Assembly: GCA_032718475.1 (NCBI GenBank)
Contig: JAUCBJ010005560.1
Span: forward strand, 2,861 to 66,860
Source: Nemertoderma westbladi
Taxonomy: Eukaryota > Animalia > Xenacoelomorpha
Direction of reading: 5' to 3'
Length of the DNA stretch: 64,000 nucleotides
A model generated the notes under the pieces. That model saw nothing but the letters and a program-made list of their open reading frames with translations, ran no database searches and had not been told where the DNA came from. This document shows, piece by piece, positions 1 through 11,900 of the stretch. Position numbers and translations under genes: made by a program. Each line of letters starts with the position of its first letter. The stretch's first letter is position 1.

Positions 1-284
1 ATTACTCGGTAATTGCATATTTACTGTACATACACTAAGTGACCACCAACAAGACGTATTATTGTATACTACAGGCAGAAGATAGATATATTTACTGTAC
101 CATATTCAGGGCTTTTCGTTTGCTGCTTACTTGCTGTATGTTTTACTTTCAGTTTCTAATGAGACAAGCTGAAACTGGGAACCCCACTACTAGGCCAAAA
201 CTGCAACTGGAAATTATTTCTAGTAGGCCTACCATGGCCTACGGCCTACAGTACTATACCAAAACACACTATTTTGAATTTGTA

Positions 285-545
285 AATCAGTCAATGGACG
301 CCGGGCTTCTAATCATGAGGCCCTTGTTCGATCCCAAGATAGGGCAGCACTGTTTGGCCACAGTGCTTTTAATGCTGCAGCCTAGACCAACCCTGCTTTT
401 CATCTTAGACTGGTCCTGGTCGATAAATGGGACCTAAGGCAACTTGAGTGGAAGGTTTTACTGTTGAAGATCACCCATGGTGGTGATGGTGAACAGGCAT
501 TCCTTGGCTTATTGAGCTTAAAGATTCTCCCATTCAATAATAATT
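285..545 (+). mobile_element. Probable tRNA-derived SINE (degenerate)
   Basis: B-box-like GTTCGATCCC near 327, Nin/Deu-like 'ttttcatc...ggtcgataaatggg', (aat)n tail; boundaries approximate. Confidence 0.5.
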
Positions 546-559
546 GTTTTATATTACAG

Positions 560-742
560 ATGAGAGATGTTGCGTTCCATACACTTAGCGCAGCCGAGCT
601 ATCTAGCGAACTATCCTTTGATGGATCACAGGATCAGAGCGAACTATTAAAGACGAAACTCAGCCAAAAGGATGACTTCATAAAGAAACTCCAGGAAGAA
701 TTAATTGAGTCGCAAAATCAGATTAAAATTACCTTGCAAAAG
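560..742 (+). CDS. Host exon 1 (183 nt): MRDVAFHTLS...KITLQK
   Basis: ttacag| acceptor, AAG|gtaaat donor. It begins with ATG but follows an acceptor, so it is probably an internal exon. Confidence 0.8.
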
Positions 743-1369
743 GTAAATTAGTTACATTAGACTATTCCACCGATATACTAGTTCTTAGTAATGATAATTG
801 ATTGCTATTTAATTTTAGAAATTAGACGAATTAAAAATTTTTGTGGTTTTTAATTAAATTATGCTAGAAGTTTGTTTGTATAAAAGATCAATAGGCATAT
901 TATGCTATCAGTATTCCAATTATTATATTCATATACTGTATATTATTATATTTATAATTTTCATTCGACGTGCAATATCGTACTCGTTAATTTATTAAAT
1001 ATTTCACACAAATTACATTAGTATTCCTTAGTAGTGCTCCTATTATTGATTGTAAAGTACTTTACAATAATTGTTACTTATTACCAAAACCCAGCACCAC
1101 AATGCAGACACGACCAATGAGTCTTACCTGTCACTGCTATTGTGAAAAACTGATATTGTTCAATGGCAGTCGGGTTGTGATAGGTAACGCGATGGGTAGC
1201 CATTACTTCTGAAAACTCTTCTAAATGCCCTCGGTCGTGATAAACCGATGAATCGGGGATTTACATTGGTGATAGCGGCCTGTGGAGGTGTTGCGTTGGA
1301 GGGTGGCCGGTATGTAATGTACTTTACACACAAGGTGGTTTATACTTTATTTGTTTATATCTACCCAAG

Positions 1370-1528
1370 GGCCACGAAAAGGAGGCTGAACTCAACCAAT
1401 ATCTAACGAGGTTGTCTACCGGACAATCTACAGACTCCTCGGGAATTACCAGTAAAGATATGACGATTCTCAACCTTAAAACAGAGTTGAGAAAATCCGA
1501 GGAGATCAGACAAACTGCGGAAAGGAAA
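1370..1528 (+). CDS. Host exon 2 (159 nt): GHEKEAELNQ...QTAERK
   Basis: cccaag| acceptor after a T-rich tract, AAA|gtgagt donor, in frame. Confidence 0.8.
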
Positions 1529-1842
1529 GTGAGTTTATTTTACAGACTATTCGTTGTGTTAAGGTTGTGTGTTTGTTTATTTGTTTGTTTATTTGTTGGT
1601 TTTCTTTGTTTCGTTTATTTATCATTGTATTGGCAATGGTACTCTCCTTCACTTCACTTAGGGATATAATACGATACTACGGAAAAAGTATAAAAACAAA
1701 GGTTTACCAAATTAATTAAAAAATATTAATAATATTTTTGTTTTAACAAAAAGTAATTTTTTGTATTATATCGAAAAACGTCAGACCTAGCTTTATTTGC
1801 TATATTATCTTTATTCGCTTTTTTTTACAATATTTTTTTCAG

Positions 1843-1989
1843 TCCCGTGAACGTTCTTTGGAAGTAGAACGTATCTATGGTGAACTCAGTCAATCGAATA
1901 CGACCTTAGCAACAGCCGACTCAGAACGTCAGCGGTTGCTGCTTAGCGTGGAACAATCGGAACAAAGAAACAGGGAACGAAGTTCCGAG
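1843..1989 (+). CDS. Host exon 3 (147 nt): SRERSLEVER...RERSSE
   Basis: tttttttcag| acceptor, GAG|gttagt donor, in frame. Confidence 0.85.
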
Positions 1990-2057
1990 GTTAGTATAAA
2001 ATAAATGGAATGGACAGGGAACGAAGTTCCGAGGTTAGTATAAAATAAATGGAACGG
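1970..2057 (+). repeat. 44-bp tandem duplication of exon 3 end plus donor
   Basis: acagggaacgaagttccgag|gttagtataaaataaatggaa occurs twice. Confidence 0.9.
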
Positions 2058-2362
2058 GACGGGAGGTTATATTAAACAAAAGTTCCATCTGGGTCCATCC
2101 TACAAAATATAATATAATTAAAATAAAATAATATAACATAATAATGACTGCATAATAAGGTGATTGCACTAAAAGGTAACTTAAATCTTCGAGTTTCATT
2201 ATAAATCGAGTAGAATAAGTAATATTTAATTTGAATATAGAATCGGATTAATTCCTTCCCTCCAGTACAGTTTAACCTACGTAGGGGTGGGTTCTTTGCA
2301 TAATATTTAATATACTCAGTATTTGTTACGCAATTGACTGATTTAAGTAAATATAATTATAC

Positions 2363-3241
2363 TTATTGGATAGCAACTGCTTCTTGTTTGTTCCCGTTAA
2401 CGGAACCATTAAACATCCCGTCCACTGAATCAGGTTCTCCGCTACTCTTCCCCCGTCCGTCCGACTGTCCGGAACCATTCTCCCGTCCGTCCGACTGTCC
2501 GAAACGCTTCTCCCGCCCGTCCGACTGTCCGGAACCCTTCTCCCGTCCGTCCGACTGCCCGGAACCCTTCTCCCGTCCGTCCGACTGTCCGGAACCATCC
2601 TCCGACTCATCCACCCACAGCCGACTGATGTGTTCCGAGGTGGCGACTCTCTCAACAGCGCCACACGATATCGCCGTTATCTCCTCGTGTAGGGCAGCTA
2701 CCGAGCGAGTCGCGTCCAACACGACCCACTCGGAGTCCCGGAGCTGCTCGTAAACCCGAGCGACCTCGCGTTGCAACTCCGACGTTTCGTATCGTTCCTT
2801 ACCGAAGTCGGCGCGACTCGCTGCCTCTACCGGGTCTATCCGCAGGTAGAAGAGAAGGTCGGGTCTAGGTAACCCCCGGTCTGGAGCCTTGCACCACTCA
2901 AGATCCATCGTTATATTACGTTTAGCCGCGGTGTAAACAACCCCGGAATACGCGTAACGATCGACCACCAATGTTATCCCCGCGGACAGTTTCCTCCGCA
3001 TTTCGGCGTCCAACTCCCAGCGATTAGCCGAAAACATTAAATGAATAGCGTGGTCGTCTATATCTGCATTTTGCTTGAGATAGTTACTTATGGTTTTCCC
3101 GATGGGAGTTTGACGAGCTGGGAAGTATAGTTTCTCCGTGGGATATCCGCGCTCTTTAAGTGCCTCCACCAGGATGTTGCTCTGGGTTGTCTTGCCGCTA
3201 CGGTCGCAGCCCTCAAATACGATGAGCGCGCCGCGTCCCAT
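2363..3241 (-). CDS. DTYMK: Thymidylate kinase (dTMP kinase), intronless CDS, with repetitive C-terminal extension; nested in host intron 3
   Basis: RGALIVFEGCDRSGKTTQ P-loop, HLMFSANRWE, VVDRYAYSGV, GLPRPDL and FGKERYE motifs of eukaryotic TMPK. Confidence 0.95.
   Translation of the reverse strand: MGRGALIVFEGCDRSGKTTQSNILVEALKERGYPTEKLYFPARQTPIGKTISNYLKQNADIDDHAIHLMFSANRWELDAEMRRKLSAGITLVVDRYAYSGVVYTAAKRNITMDLEWCKAPDRGLPRPDLLFYLRIDPVEAASRADFGKERYETSELQREVARVYEQLRDSEWVVLDATRSVAALHEEITAISCGAVERVATSEHISRLWVDESEDGSGQSDGREKGSGQSDGREKGSGQSDGREKRFGQSDGRENGSGQSDGRGKSSGEPDSVDGMFNGSVNGNKQEAVAIQ
2451..2600 (-). repeat. 30-bp coding minisatellite in DTYMK tail (GSGQSDGREK, about 5 copies)
   Basis: Repeated ccgtccgtccgactgtccggaa...ttctc units. 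Confidence 0.9.
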
Positions 3242-3832
3242 CGGGTTGTGGTGACGACGGAGGAATTTACGGAGGAATGCTGGACGGAATAGCGAACTGC
3301 TGTAGGAAGCAATGCTGAAAGTTTAGGGGTGCTAAATAAAATTACTCGTCGGAAACTAGGCTGGGCCTGGGCCTATCCAGCTATCAGCCTATACAACAAA
3401 GCTATAACTCAGTAACTTAACTATCATTAAATACAATTTTGGTTGTACTACAAATGTAAATGTGCGTCTACAGGTCTAATGTACATAATTACCAGTACAG
3501 TACAACCTGTTTGGCTTCTGAATTCTGCTACATAATACCATTCATTGTATTGTTCAGGACTATTGAAGGACTTCAGTAGTCCTTGCCTGAAACGTAAGAA
3601 ATAGAAAGCCATGATTGTAATTATAACTTTATAACTTTTTGATAACCAATAATAAATGATAGTAATGTTTGATAGCCCATAACATAAATGTAATCGTTGG
3701 TGAACAAACAATAATAATACTATTCAATTAAAATATTACATATTACATAGGGTATGCAAAAAGGCTTGCCTTTCGTTTTCAGGGCTATAATTTTCACCAA
3801 TGTTTTTGCTGTGGAGCTGTATAATAATACTA

Positions 3833-5638
3833 CACTGCCGTCTTAAGGCAGATAATGCCCTATCTCAAAATTTTTGAAATAATTTTTATTGTACACAGCG
3901 GCCTAATTTAAGGCACGCTTTCAAATGAAACCAAGAAATACCATGGTTTATATGCAAGAAAGTCATATTTTGCGAGTTTAAAACACCCTATGCTTTGCTT
4001 GATCCTCAGCCCTGTCATTTAAAGGCAAAACACCCTACATCTAAAATATGGTACATTGGGTATTTTGCCTTAGCAACACTTTTATTTAGTTTACCTTACA
4101 TTTAAAGGCAGGGTGTTTTTCCTTAGAAAAGCTTATAATATAATAGTGTTATTTCCTATTACTTATGCGTAGATATTGGCGGGAATTTCAGTTTGTTCGC
4201 ATTTACATGTGGGTAAAATACCATAGGAAAGATTTTGTACTTTATATTGTCTCTATAGAATCTCAATTCAGTCGATTAGGAATATACAAAGCCAATGGAA
4301 CAGGAAGACACGTTTTACGGCTTCAACTTGGATGAGGATATCGGTGTTGGTATTTTAGCTCAGGTGATGGCGGACTGTGGGAAGGATATGTGGCAGTGTG
4401 GGGAGGATATGTGGCTGTGTGGGGAGGATATGTGGCTGTGTGGGAGGATATGTAGCTGTGTGGAGAGGATATGTGGCTATGTGGGGAAGATATGTGACTG
4501 TGTGGGGAGGATATGTGGATGTGTGGGGAGGATATGTGGCTGTCTGAGACAGGGGGGGGGGGGGGGGAACTCGACGCAAAACCCGCCTTGGCGTTTGGCG
4601 AATTAATATCCCGCCTCAATGTTAAATTCTTAACTTAGGTAAAGGAGCAGATTACAGTGGCACGTTATTTTAACCAAAACAATAAACTAAATACAATAGA
4701 ACAGGTTACAGTTTTATTTTTGAGAGTAATCAGCTGTTATTTGCGTCGAATTTCCCCTGGGGATTAATTTTATTGCGTCCAGTCCCCCCCCCCCCCCCCC
4801 CCTATCTGGGCTGTCTAGGGAGGATGTGTGGCTGTGGGGAGGCGGGGGGATATGTGGCTGTTGGGAGGATATGTGACTGTGTGGATGATATGTGGCTGTG
4901 TAGGGAGGATATGTGGCTGTGTGGGGAGGATATGTGGCTGTGTGGGGAGGATATGTGGCTGTGTGGGAAGGATATGTTGTTGTGTGGGGAGGATATGTGG
5001 CTGTGTGGGGAGGATATGTGGCTGTCTAGGGAGGATATGTGGCTGTGCGGAAGCGGGAGGATATGCGGCTGTGTGGGGAGGATATGTGACTGTGTAGGGA
5101 GGATCTGTGGCTGTGTGGGGAGGATATGTGGCAGTGTGGGGATGATATGTGGCTGTGTGGGGAGGATATGTGGCTGTGTGGGGAGGATATGTGGCTGTGG
5201 GAAGGATATGTAACTTTGGGGAGGCTATGTGCTTGTGGGGAGGATATGTTGCTGTGGGGAGAATAAATAATTTGCATTATTTATCAAAACCCAACCCTTA
5301 ACCTCAAAATTCCAAGTATAATTTCCACCCTGCAGTATTATTATTTGAAGATATTAAACTATTTGATACCAAATCTTGATTGACAAACACCCTATTTGTT
5401 GCCAACATTTTCGAGGCAAAACACCCTATAAAATCTTTTCAGCATTTTTTAAGCTCCCAAGTTACAAAAGTTGTGTATCTCGCATTTGAAATTCTAAGTT
5501 AGTATATTTGGGTGACTTGCAGTTCAAATTCTGGTATCCAGGTACCTGTATAATATTCTTGTAGAAGAAAACGCGTTTCGTTAAATTACTCAAAACACGA
5601 TTTTTGGAAATAGGGTATTTTGCCTCAAGACGGCAGTA
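3833..5638. mobile_element. Non-autonomous DNA transposon (about 1.8 kb) with terminal inverted repeats
   Basis: Left end actgccgtcttaaggcagataatgccctat; right end atagggtattttgcctcaagacggcagt; no ORF and no clear TSD. Confidence 0.7.
4376..5260. repeat. 21-bp G-rich minisatellite (ggaggatatgtggctgtgtgg), interrupted at about 4552-4802 by an insertion with polyG/polyC ends
   Basis: Direct tandem units. The insertion has imperfect inverted ends, G-run-aactcgacgcaa and ttgcgtccagt-C-run. Confidence 0.85.
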
Positions 5639-5759
5639 CAGCGCTCTACATACATATTTACTTTTCTATTCTTTCATTCTTTAGCTGCCTTACTGTATAT
5701 TTGTTAATTATTGCTAAATTCTTCGTGTCGATTTCAACAACGATTATTTTTTATCTTAG

Positions 5760-5927
5760 GTGGCTAACTTGGAGGTGTTATTAGACAAACTTAAAGGAGA
5801 AAACTCGAATTTGAAGGAACGGAATCGGCAACTTAAATATGAGAACCAACGAAGTGAACGCCAAGTACGAAGTTTAGAATCAGATCTAGAAGCTAATAAA
5901 GTTCAATGCAAACAAACAACCGATGAG
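5760..5927 (+). CDS. Host exon 4 (168 nt): VANLEVLLDK...KQTTDE
   Basis: ttttttatcttag| acceptor, GAG|gttagc donor. Its 3' end is the first unit of the 53-bp array. Confidence 0.85.
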
Positions 5928-8900
5928 GTTAGCGTCCAAAACAGTGAAATAAAGTTCAATGCAAACAAACAACCGATGAGGTTAGAGTCCAAAACAGTGA
6001 AATAAAGTTCAATGCAAACAAACAACCGATGAGGTTAGAGTCCAAAACAGTGAAATAAAGTACAATGTAAACAAACAACTGATGAGGTTAGAGTCCAAAA
6101 CAGTGAAATAAAGTTCAATGCAAACAAACAACTGATGAGGTTAGAGTCCAAAACAGTGAAATAAAGTTCAATGCAAACAAACAACTGATGAGGTTAGAGT
6201 CCAAAACAGTGAAATAAAGTTCAATGCAAACAAACAACTGATGAGGTTAGAGTCCAAAACAGTGAAATAAAGTTCAATGCAAACAAACAACCGATGAGGT
6301 TAGAGTCCAAAACAGTGAAATAAAGTTAAATGTAAACAAACAACCGATGAGGTTAGAGTCCAAAACAGTGAAATAAAGTTCAATGGAAACAAACAACCGA
6401 TGAGGTTAGAGTCCAAAACAGTGAAATAAAGTTCAATGCAAACAAACAACCGATGAGGTTAGAGTCCAAAACAGTGAAATAAAGTACAATGTAAACAAAC
6501 AACTGATGAGGTTAGAGTCCAAAACAGTGAAATAAAGTTCAATGCAAACAAACAACTGATGAGGTTAGAGTCCAAAACAGTGAAATAAAGTTCAATGCAA
6601 ACAAACAACTGATGAGGTTAGAGTCCAAAACAGTGAAATAAAGTTCAATGCAAACAAACAACTGATGAGGTTAGAGTCCAAAACAGTGAAATAAAGTTCA
6701 ATGCAAACAAACAACTGATGAGGTTAGAGTCCAAAACAGTGAAATAAAGTTCAATGCAAACAAACAACCGATGAGGTTAGAGTCCAAAACAGTGAAATAA
6801 AGTTAAATGTAAACAAACAACCGATGAGGTTAGAGTCCAAAACAGTGAAATAAAGTTCAATGGAAACAAACAACCGATGAGGTTAGAGTCCAAAACAGTG
6901 AAATAAAGTTCAATGCAAACAAACAACCGATGAGGTTAGAGTCCAAAACAGTGAAATAAAGTACAATGTAAACAAACAACTGATGAGGTTAGAGTCCAAA
7001 ACAGTGAAATAAAGTTCAATGCAAACAAACAACTGATGAGGTTAGAGTCCAAAACAGTGAAATAAAGTTCAATGCAAACAAACAACTGATGAGGTTAGAG
7101 TCCAAAACAGTGAAATAAAGTTCAATGCAAACAAACAACTGATGAGGTTAGAGTCCAAAACAGTGAAATAAAGTTCAATGCAAACAAACAACCGATGAGG
7201 TTAGAGTCCAAAACAGTGAAATAAAGTTAAATGTAAACAAACAACCGATGAGGTTAGAGTCCAAAACAGTGAAATAAAGTTCAATGGAAACAAACAACCG
7301 ATGAGGTTAGAGTCCAAAACAGTGAAATAAAGTTCAATGCAAACAAACAACCGATGAGGTTAGAGTCCAAAACAGTGAAATAAAGTTCAATGCAAACAAA
7401 CAACCGATGAGGTTAGAGTCCAAAACAGTGAAATAAAGTACAATGTAAACAAACAACTGATGAGGTTAGAGTCCAAAACAGTGAAATAAAGTTCAATGCA
7501 AACAAACAACTGATGAGGTTAGAGTCCAAAACAGTGAAATAAAGTTCAATGCAAACAAACAACTGATGAGGTTAGAGTCCAAAACAGTGAAATAAAGTTC
7601 AATGCAAACAAACAACTGATGAGGTTAGAGTCCAAAACAGTGAAATAAAGTTCAATGCAAACAAACAACCGATGAGGTTAGAGTCCAAAACAGTGAAATA
7701 AAGTTCAATGTAAACAAACAACCGATGAGGTTAGAGTCCAAAACAGTGAAATAAAGTTCAATGGAAACAAACAACCGATGAGGTTAGAGTCCAAAACAGT
7801 GAAATAAAGTTCAATGCAAACAAACAACCGATGAGGTTAGAGTCCAAAACAGTGAAATAAAGTACAATGTAAACAAACAACCGATGAGGTTAGAGTCCAA
7901 AACAGTGAAATAAAGTTCAATGTAAACAAACAACCGATGAGGTTAGAGTCCAAAACAGTGAAATAAAGTTCAATGCAAACAAACAACTGATGAGGTTAGA
8001 GTCCAAAACAGTGAAATAAAGTTCAATGCAAACAAACAACTGATGAGGTTAGAGTCCAAAACAGTGAAATAAAGTTCAATGCAAACAAACAACCGATGAG
8101 GTTAGAGTCCAAAACAGTGAAATAAAGTTCAATGTAAACAAACAACTGATGAGGTTAGAGTCCAAAACAGTGAAATAAAGTTCAATGGAAACAAACAACC
8201 GATGAGGTTAGAGTCCAAAACAGTGAAATAAAGTTCAATGGAAACAAACAACCGATGAGGTTAGAGTCCAAAACAGTGAAATAAAGTTCAATGCAAACAA
8301 ACAACCGATGAGGTTAGAGTCCAAAACAGTGAAATAAAGTACAATGTAAACAAACAACTGATGAGGTTAGAGTCCAAAACAGTGAAATAAAGTTCAATGC
8401 AAACAAACAACTGATGAGGTTAGAGTCCAAAACAGTGAAATAAAGTTCAATGCAAACAAACAACTGATGAGGTTAGAGTCCAAAACAGTGAAATAAAGTT
8501 CAATGCAAACAAACAACTGATGAGGTTAGAGTCCAAAACAGTGAAATAAAGTTCAATGCAAACAAACAACTGATGAGGTTAGAGTCCAAAACAGTGAAAT
8601 AAAGTTCAATGCAAACAAACAACCGATGAGGTTAGAGTCCAAAACAGTGAAATAAAGTTAAATGTAAACAAACAACCGATGAGGTTAGAGTCCAAAACAG
8701 TGAAATAAAGTTCAATGGAAACAAACAACCGATGAGGTTAGAGTCCAAAACAGTGAAATAAAGTTCAATGCAAACAAACAACCGATGAGGTTAGAGTCCA
8801 AAACAGTGAAATAAAGTACAATGTAAACAAACAACCGATGAGGTTAGAGTCCAAAACAGTGAAATAAAGTTAAATGTAAACAAACAACCGATGAGGTTAG

Positions 8901-11900
8901 AGTCCAAAACAGTGAAATAAAGTTCAATGGAAACAAACAACCGATGAGGTTAGAGTCCAAAACAGTGAAATAAAGTACAATGTAAACAAACAACCGATGA
9001 GGTTAGAGTCCAAAACAGTGAAATAAAGTTAAATGTAAACAAACAACTGATGAGGTTAGAGTCCAAAACAGTGAAATAAAGTTCAATGCAAACAAACAAC
9101 TGATGAGGTTAGAGTCCAAAACAGTGAAATAAAGTTCAATGCAAACAAACAACCGATGAGGTTAGAGTCCAAAACAGTGAAATAAAGTTCAATGCAAACA
9201 AACAACCGATGAGGTTAGAGTCCAAAACAGTGAAATAAAGTACAATGTAAACAAACAACTGATGAGGTTAGAGTCCAAAACAGTGAAATAAAGTTCAATG
9301 CAAACAAACAACTGATGAGGTTAGAGTCCAAAACAGTGAAATAAAGTTCAATGCAAACAAACAACTGATGAGGTTAGAGTCCAAAACAGTGAAATAAAGT
9401 TCAATGCAAACAAACAACTGATGAGGTTAGAGTCCAAAACAGTGAAATAAAGTTCAATGCAAACAAACAACCGATGAGGTTAGAGTCCAAAACAGTGAAA
9501 TAAAGTACAATGTAAACAAACAACTGATGAGGTTAGAGTCCAAAACAGTGAAATAAAGTTCAATGCAAACAAACAACTGATGAGGTTAGAGTCCAAAACA
9601 GTGAAATAAAGTTCAATGCAAACAAACAACTGATGAGGTTAGAGTCCAAAACAGTGAAATAAAGTTCAATGCAAACAAACAACTGATGAGGTTAGAGTCC
9701 AAAACAGTGAAATAAAGTTCAATGCAAACAAACAACCGATGAGGTTAGAGTCCAAAACAGTGAAATAAAGTTAAATGTAAACAAACAACCGATGAGGTTA
9801 GAGTCCAAAACAGTGAAATAAAGTTCAATGGAAACAAACAACCGATGAGGTTAGAGTCCAAAACAGTGAAATAAAGTTCAATGGAAACAAACAACCGATG
9901 AGGTTAGAGTCCAAAACAGTGAAATAAAGTTCAATGCAAACAAACAACCGATGAGGTTAGAGTCCAAAACAGTGAAATAAAGTACAATGTAAACAAACAA
10001 CTGATGAGGTTAGAGTCCAAAACAGTGAAATAAAGTTCAATGCAAACAAACAACTGATGAGGTTAGAGTCCAAAACAGTGAAATAAAGTTCAATGCAAAC
10101 AAACAACTGATGAGGTTAGAGTCCAAAACAGTGAAATAAAGTTCAATGCAAACAAACAACTGATGAGGTTAGAGTCCAAAACAGTGAAATAAAGTTCAAT
10201 GCAAACAAACAACTGATGAGGTTAGAGTCCAAAACAGTGAAATAAAGTTCAATGCAAACAAACAACCGATGAGGTTAGAGTCCAAAACAGTGAAATAAAG
10301 TTAAATGTAAACAAACAACCGATGAGGTTAGAGTCCAAAACAGTGAAATAAAGTTCAATGGAAACAAACAACCGATGAGGTTAGAGTCCAAAACAGTGAA
10401 ATAAAGTTCAATGCAAACAAACAACCGATGAGGTTAGAGTCCAAAACAGTGAAATAAAGTACAATGTAAACAAACAACTGATGAGGTTAGAGTCCAAAAC
10501 AGTGAAATAAAGTTCAATGCAAACAAACAACTGATGAGGTTAGAGTCCAAAACAGTGAAATAAAGTTCAATGCAAACAAACAACTGATGAGGTTAGAGTC
10601 CAAAACAGTGAAATAAAGTTCAATGCAAACAAACAACTGATGAGGTTAGAGTCCAAAACAGTGAAATAAAGTTCAATGCAAACAAACAACCGATGAGGTT
10701 AGAGTCCAAAACAGTGAAATAAAGTTAAATGTAAACAAACAACCGATGAGGTTAGAGTCCAAAACAGTGAAATAAAGTTCAATGGAAACAAACAACCGAT
10801 GAGGTTAGAGTCCAAAACAGTGAAATAAAGTTCAATGCAAACAAACAACCGATGAGGTTAGAGTCCAAAACAGTGAAATAAAGTTCAATGCAAACAAACA
10901 ACCGATGAGGTTAGAGTCCAAAACAGTGAAATAAAGTACAATGTAAACAAACAACTGATGAGGTTAGAGTCCAAAACAGTGAAATAAAGTTCAATGCAAA
11001 CAAACAACTGATGAGGTTAGAGTCCAAAACAGTGAAATAAAGTTCAATGCAAACAAACAACTGATGAGGTTAGAGTCCAAAACAGTGAAATAAAGTTCAA
11101 TGCAAACAAACAACTGATGAGGTTAGAGTCCAAAACAGTGAAATAAAGTTCAATGCAAACAAACAACCGATGAGGTTAGAGTCCAAAACAGTGAAATAAA
11201 GTTAAATGTAAACAAACAACCGATGAGGTTAGAGTCCAAAACAGTGAAATAAAGTTCAATGGAAACAAACAACCGATGAGGTTAGAGTCCAAAACAGTGA
11301 AATAAAGTTCAATGCAAACAAACAACCGATGAGGTTAGAGTCCAAAACAGTGAAATAAAGTACAATGTAAACAAACAACCGATGAGGTTAGAGTCCAAAA
11401 CAGTGAAATAAAGTTAAATGTAAACAAACAACCGATGAGGTTAGAGTCCAAAACAGTGAAATAAAGTTCAATGGAAACAAACAACCGATGAGGTTAGAGT
11501 CCAAAACAGTGAAATAAAGTACAATGTAAACAAACAACCGATGAGGTTAGAGTCCAAAACAGTGAAATAAAGTTAAATGTAAACAAACAACTGATGAGGT
11601 TAGAGTCCAAAACAGTGAAATAAAGTTCAATGCAAACAAACAACTGATGAGGTTAGAGTCCAAAACAGTGAAATAAAGTTCAATGCAAACAAACAACTGA
11701 TGAGGTTAGAGTCCAAAACAGTGAAATAAAGTTCAATGCAAACAAACAACCGATGAGGTTAGAGTCCAAAACAGTGAAATAAAGTTAAATGTAAACAAAC
11801 AACCGATGAGGTTAGAGTCCAAAACAGTGAAATAAAGTTCAATGGAAACAAACAACCGATGAGGTTAGAGTCCAAAACAGTGAAATAAAGTTCAATGCAA

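Noticed and set aside
39-437. 132-aa ORF at the window start
   Set aside because: Non-ATG start, no recognisable motifs, and it overlaps a probable SINE.
4295-5277. Cys/Gly- and His/Pro-rich ORFs resembling metallothionein or keratin-associated proteins
   Set aside because: They are translations of a 21-bp minisatellite inside a TIR element and are open in several frames on both strands.
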